From: Heterodontus francisci
Taxonomy: Eukaryota
Direction of reading: 5' to 3'
Assembly: GCF_036365525.1 (NCBI RefSeq)
Contig: NC_090387.1
Coordinates: forward strand, 70,953,535-71,017,534
Length of the DNA: 64,000 nt
Made by a program: the position numbers and the translations under genes. Below, one piece after another: positions 63,308 to 64,000 of this stretch. The notes beneath the pieces are model-generated. The model had not been told where the DNA came from. It did not search any database and was given only the letters and a program-made list of their open reading frames with translations. Every line of letters begins with the position of its first letter. Within the stretch, counting starts at the first letter, position 1.

Positions 63308-64000
63308 AAAAACAAGAAATGCTGGAAATACTCAGCAGGTCTGGCAGCATCTTTGGAGAGAGAAGCAGAGTTAATGTTTCGGGTCAGTGACCCTTCTTCA
63401 GAACTGACAAATATTAGAAATGTCAAAGGTTATAAGCAAGTAAAGCGGGGGTGGGGCAAGAGATAACAAAGGAGAAGGTGTACATTGGACAAGGCCACAG
63501 ATTAGCTGACCAGAAGGTCATGGAGCAAAGGCAAACAATATGTTAATGGTGTGTTGAAAGACAAAGCATTAGTACAGATAGGGTGTTAATAGACTGAAGA
63601 TTGAACAGCTGCAACTACTAATATGAAAAAACAGTGGGTAAGCAAACATGCAAAAAAAATGTTAAAAATGTAAAAAAGAAAAAATATCTAAAAATAAAAG
63701 TAGAATGGGGTCCAGTCATGCTCTGAACTTATTGAACTCAGTGTTCAGTCCAGCAGGCTGTAGTGTGCCTAATTGGTAAATGAGATGCTGTTCCTCGAGC
63801 TTGCAGCAAGCCCACGATAGAGATGTGAGCATGAGAACAGGGGGGAGTTTTGAAATGGCAAGCAACCGGAAGCTCAGGATCCTGCTTGCGGACTGAGCGG
63901 AGGTGTTCTGCAAAGCAGTCACCCAGTCTGCCTTTGGTCTCCCCAATGTAGAGGAGACCACATTGTGAGCAGTGAATACAGTATACTACATTGAAAGAAG
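63308..64000 (-). mobile_element. Penelope-like element, duplicate copy
   Basis: Matches 16290-17020. Confidence 0.9.

Larger units (their letters stand above)
48955..64000 (+). repeat. Segmental duplication, copy 2 (runs off the window end)
   Basis: Same order of retroviral remnant, GC minisatellite, Harbinger, SINE, GA repeat and Penelope as copy 1. Offset is 45.6-47.9 kb depending on indels. Confidence 0.97.

Overview
This is eukaryotic DNA, not microbial. The repeat content (HE1-type tRNA SINEs, CR1/L2 LINEs, Penelope-like elements, Harbinger transposons, solo LTRs) points to a cartilaginous fish (shark); the species is an inference. Most ORFs in the supplied track are spurious. The one host gene I can assemble is an apparently intact, spliced Ig-superfamily receptor on the + strand (18458-34253). 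It has a leader, a germline-joined NKp30/NCR3-like VJ domain, a C1-type domain, an uncharged transmembrane segment and a cytoplasmic tail with two ITIM-like tyrosine motifs (361 aa, or 377 aa with an optional 48-nt exon). Its ~14-kb upstream region (about 3228-17020) is repeated almost identically at about 48955-64000, which suggests a recent ~46-47 kb tandem duplication with a sister gene just past the window. The window also holds a decayed retrovirus-type element with a candidate spliced env-like ORF, three two-gene Harbinger remnants, Penelope termini with hammerhead-ribozyme cores, and minisatellites that differ between the duplicates.
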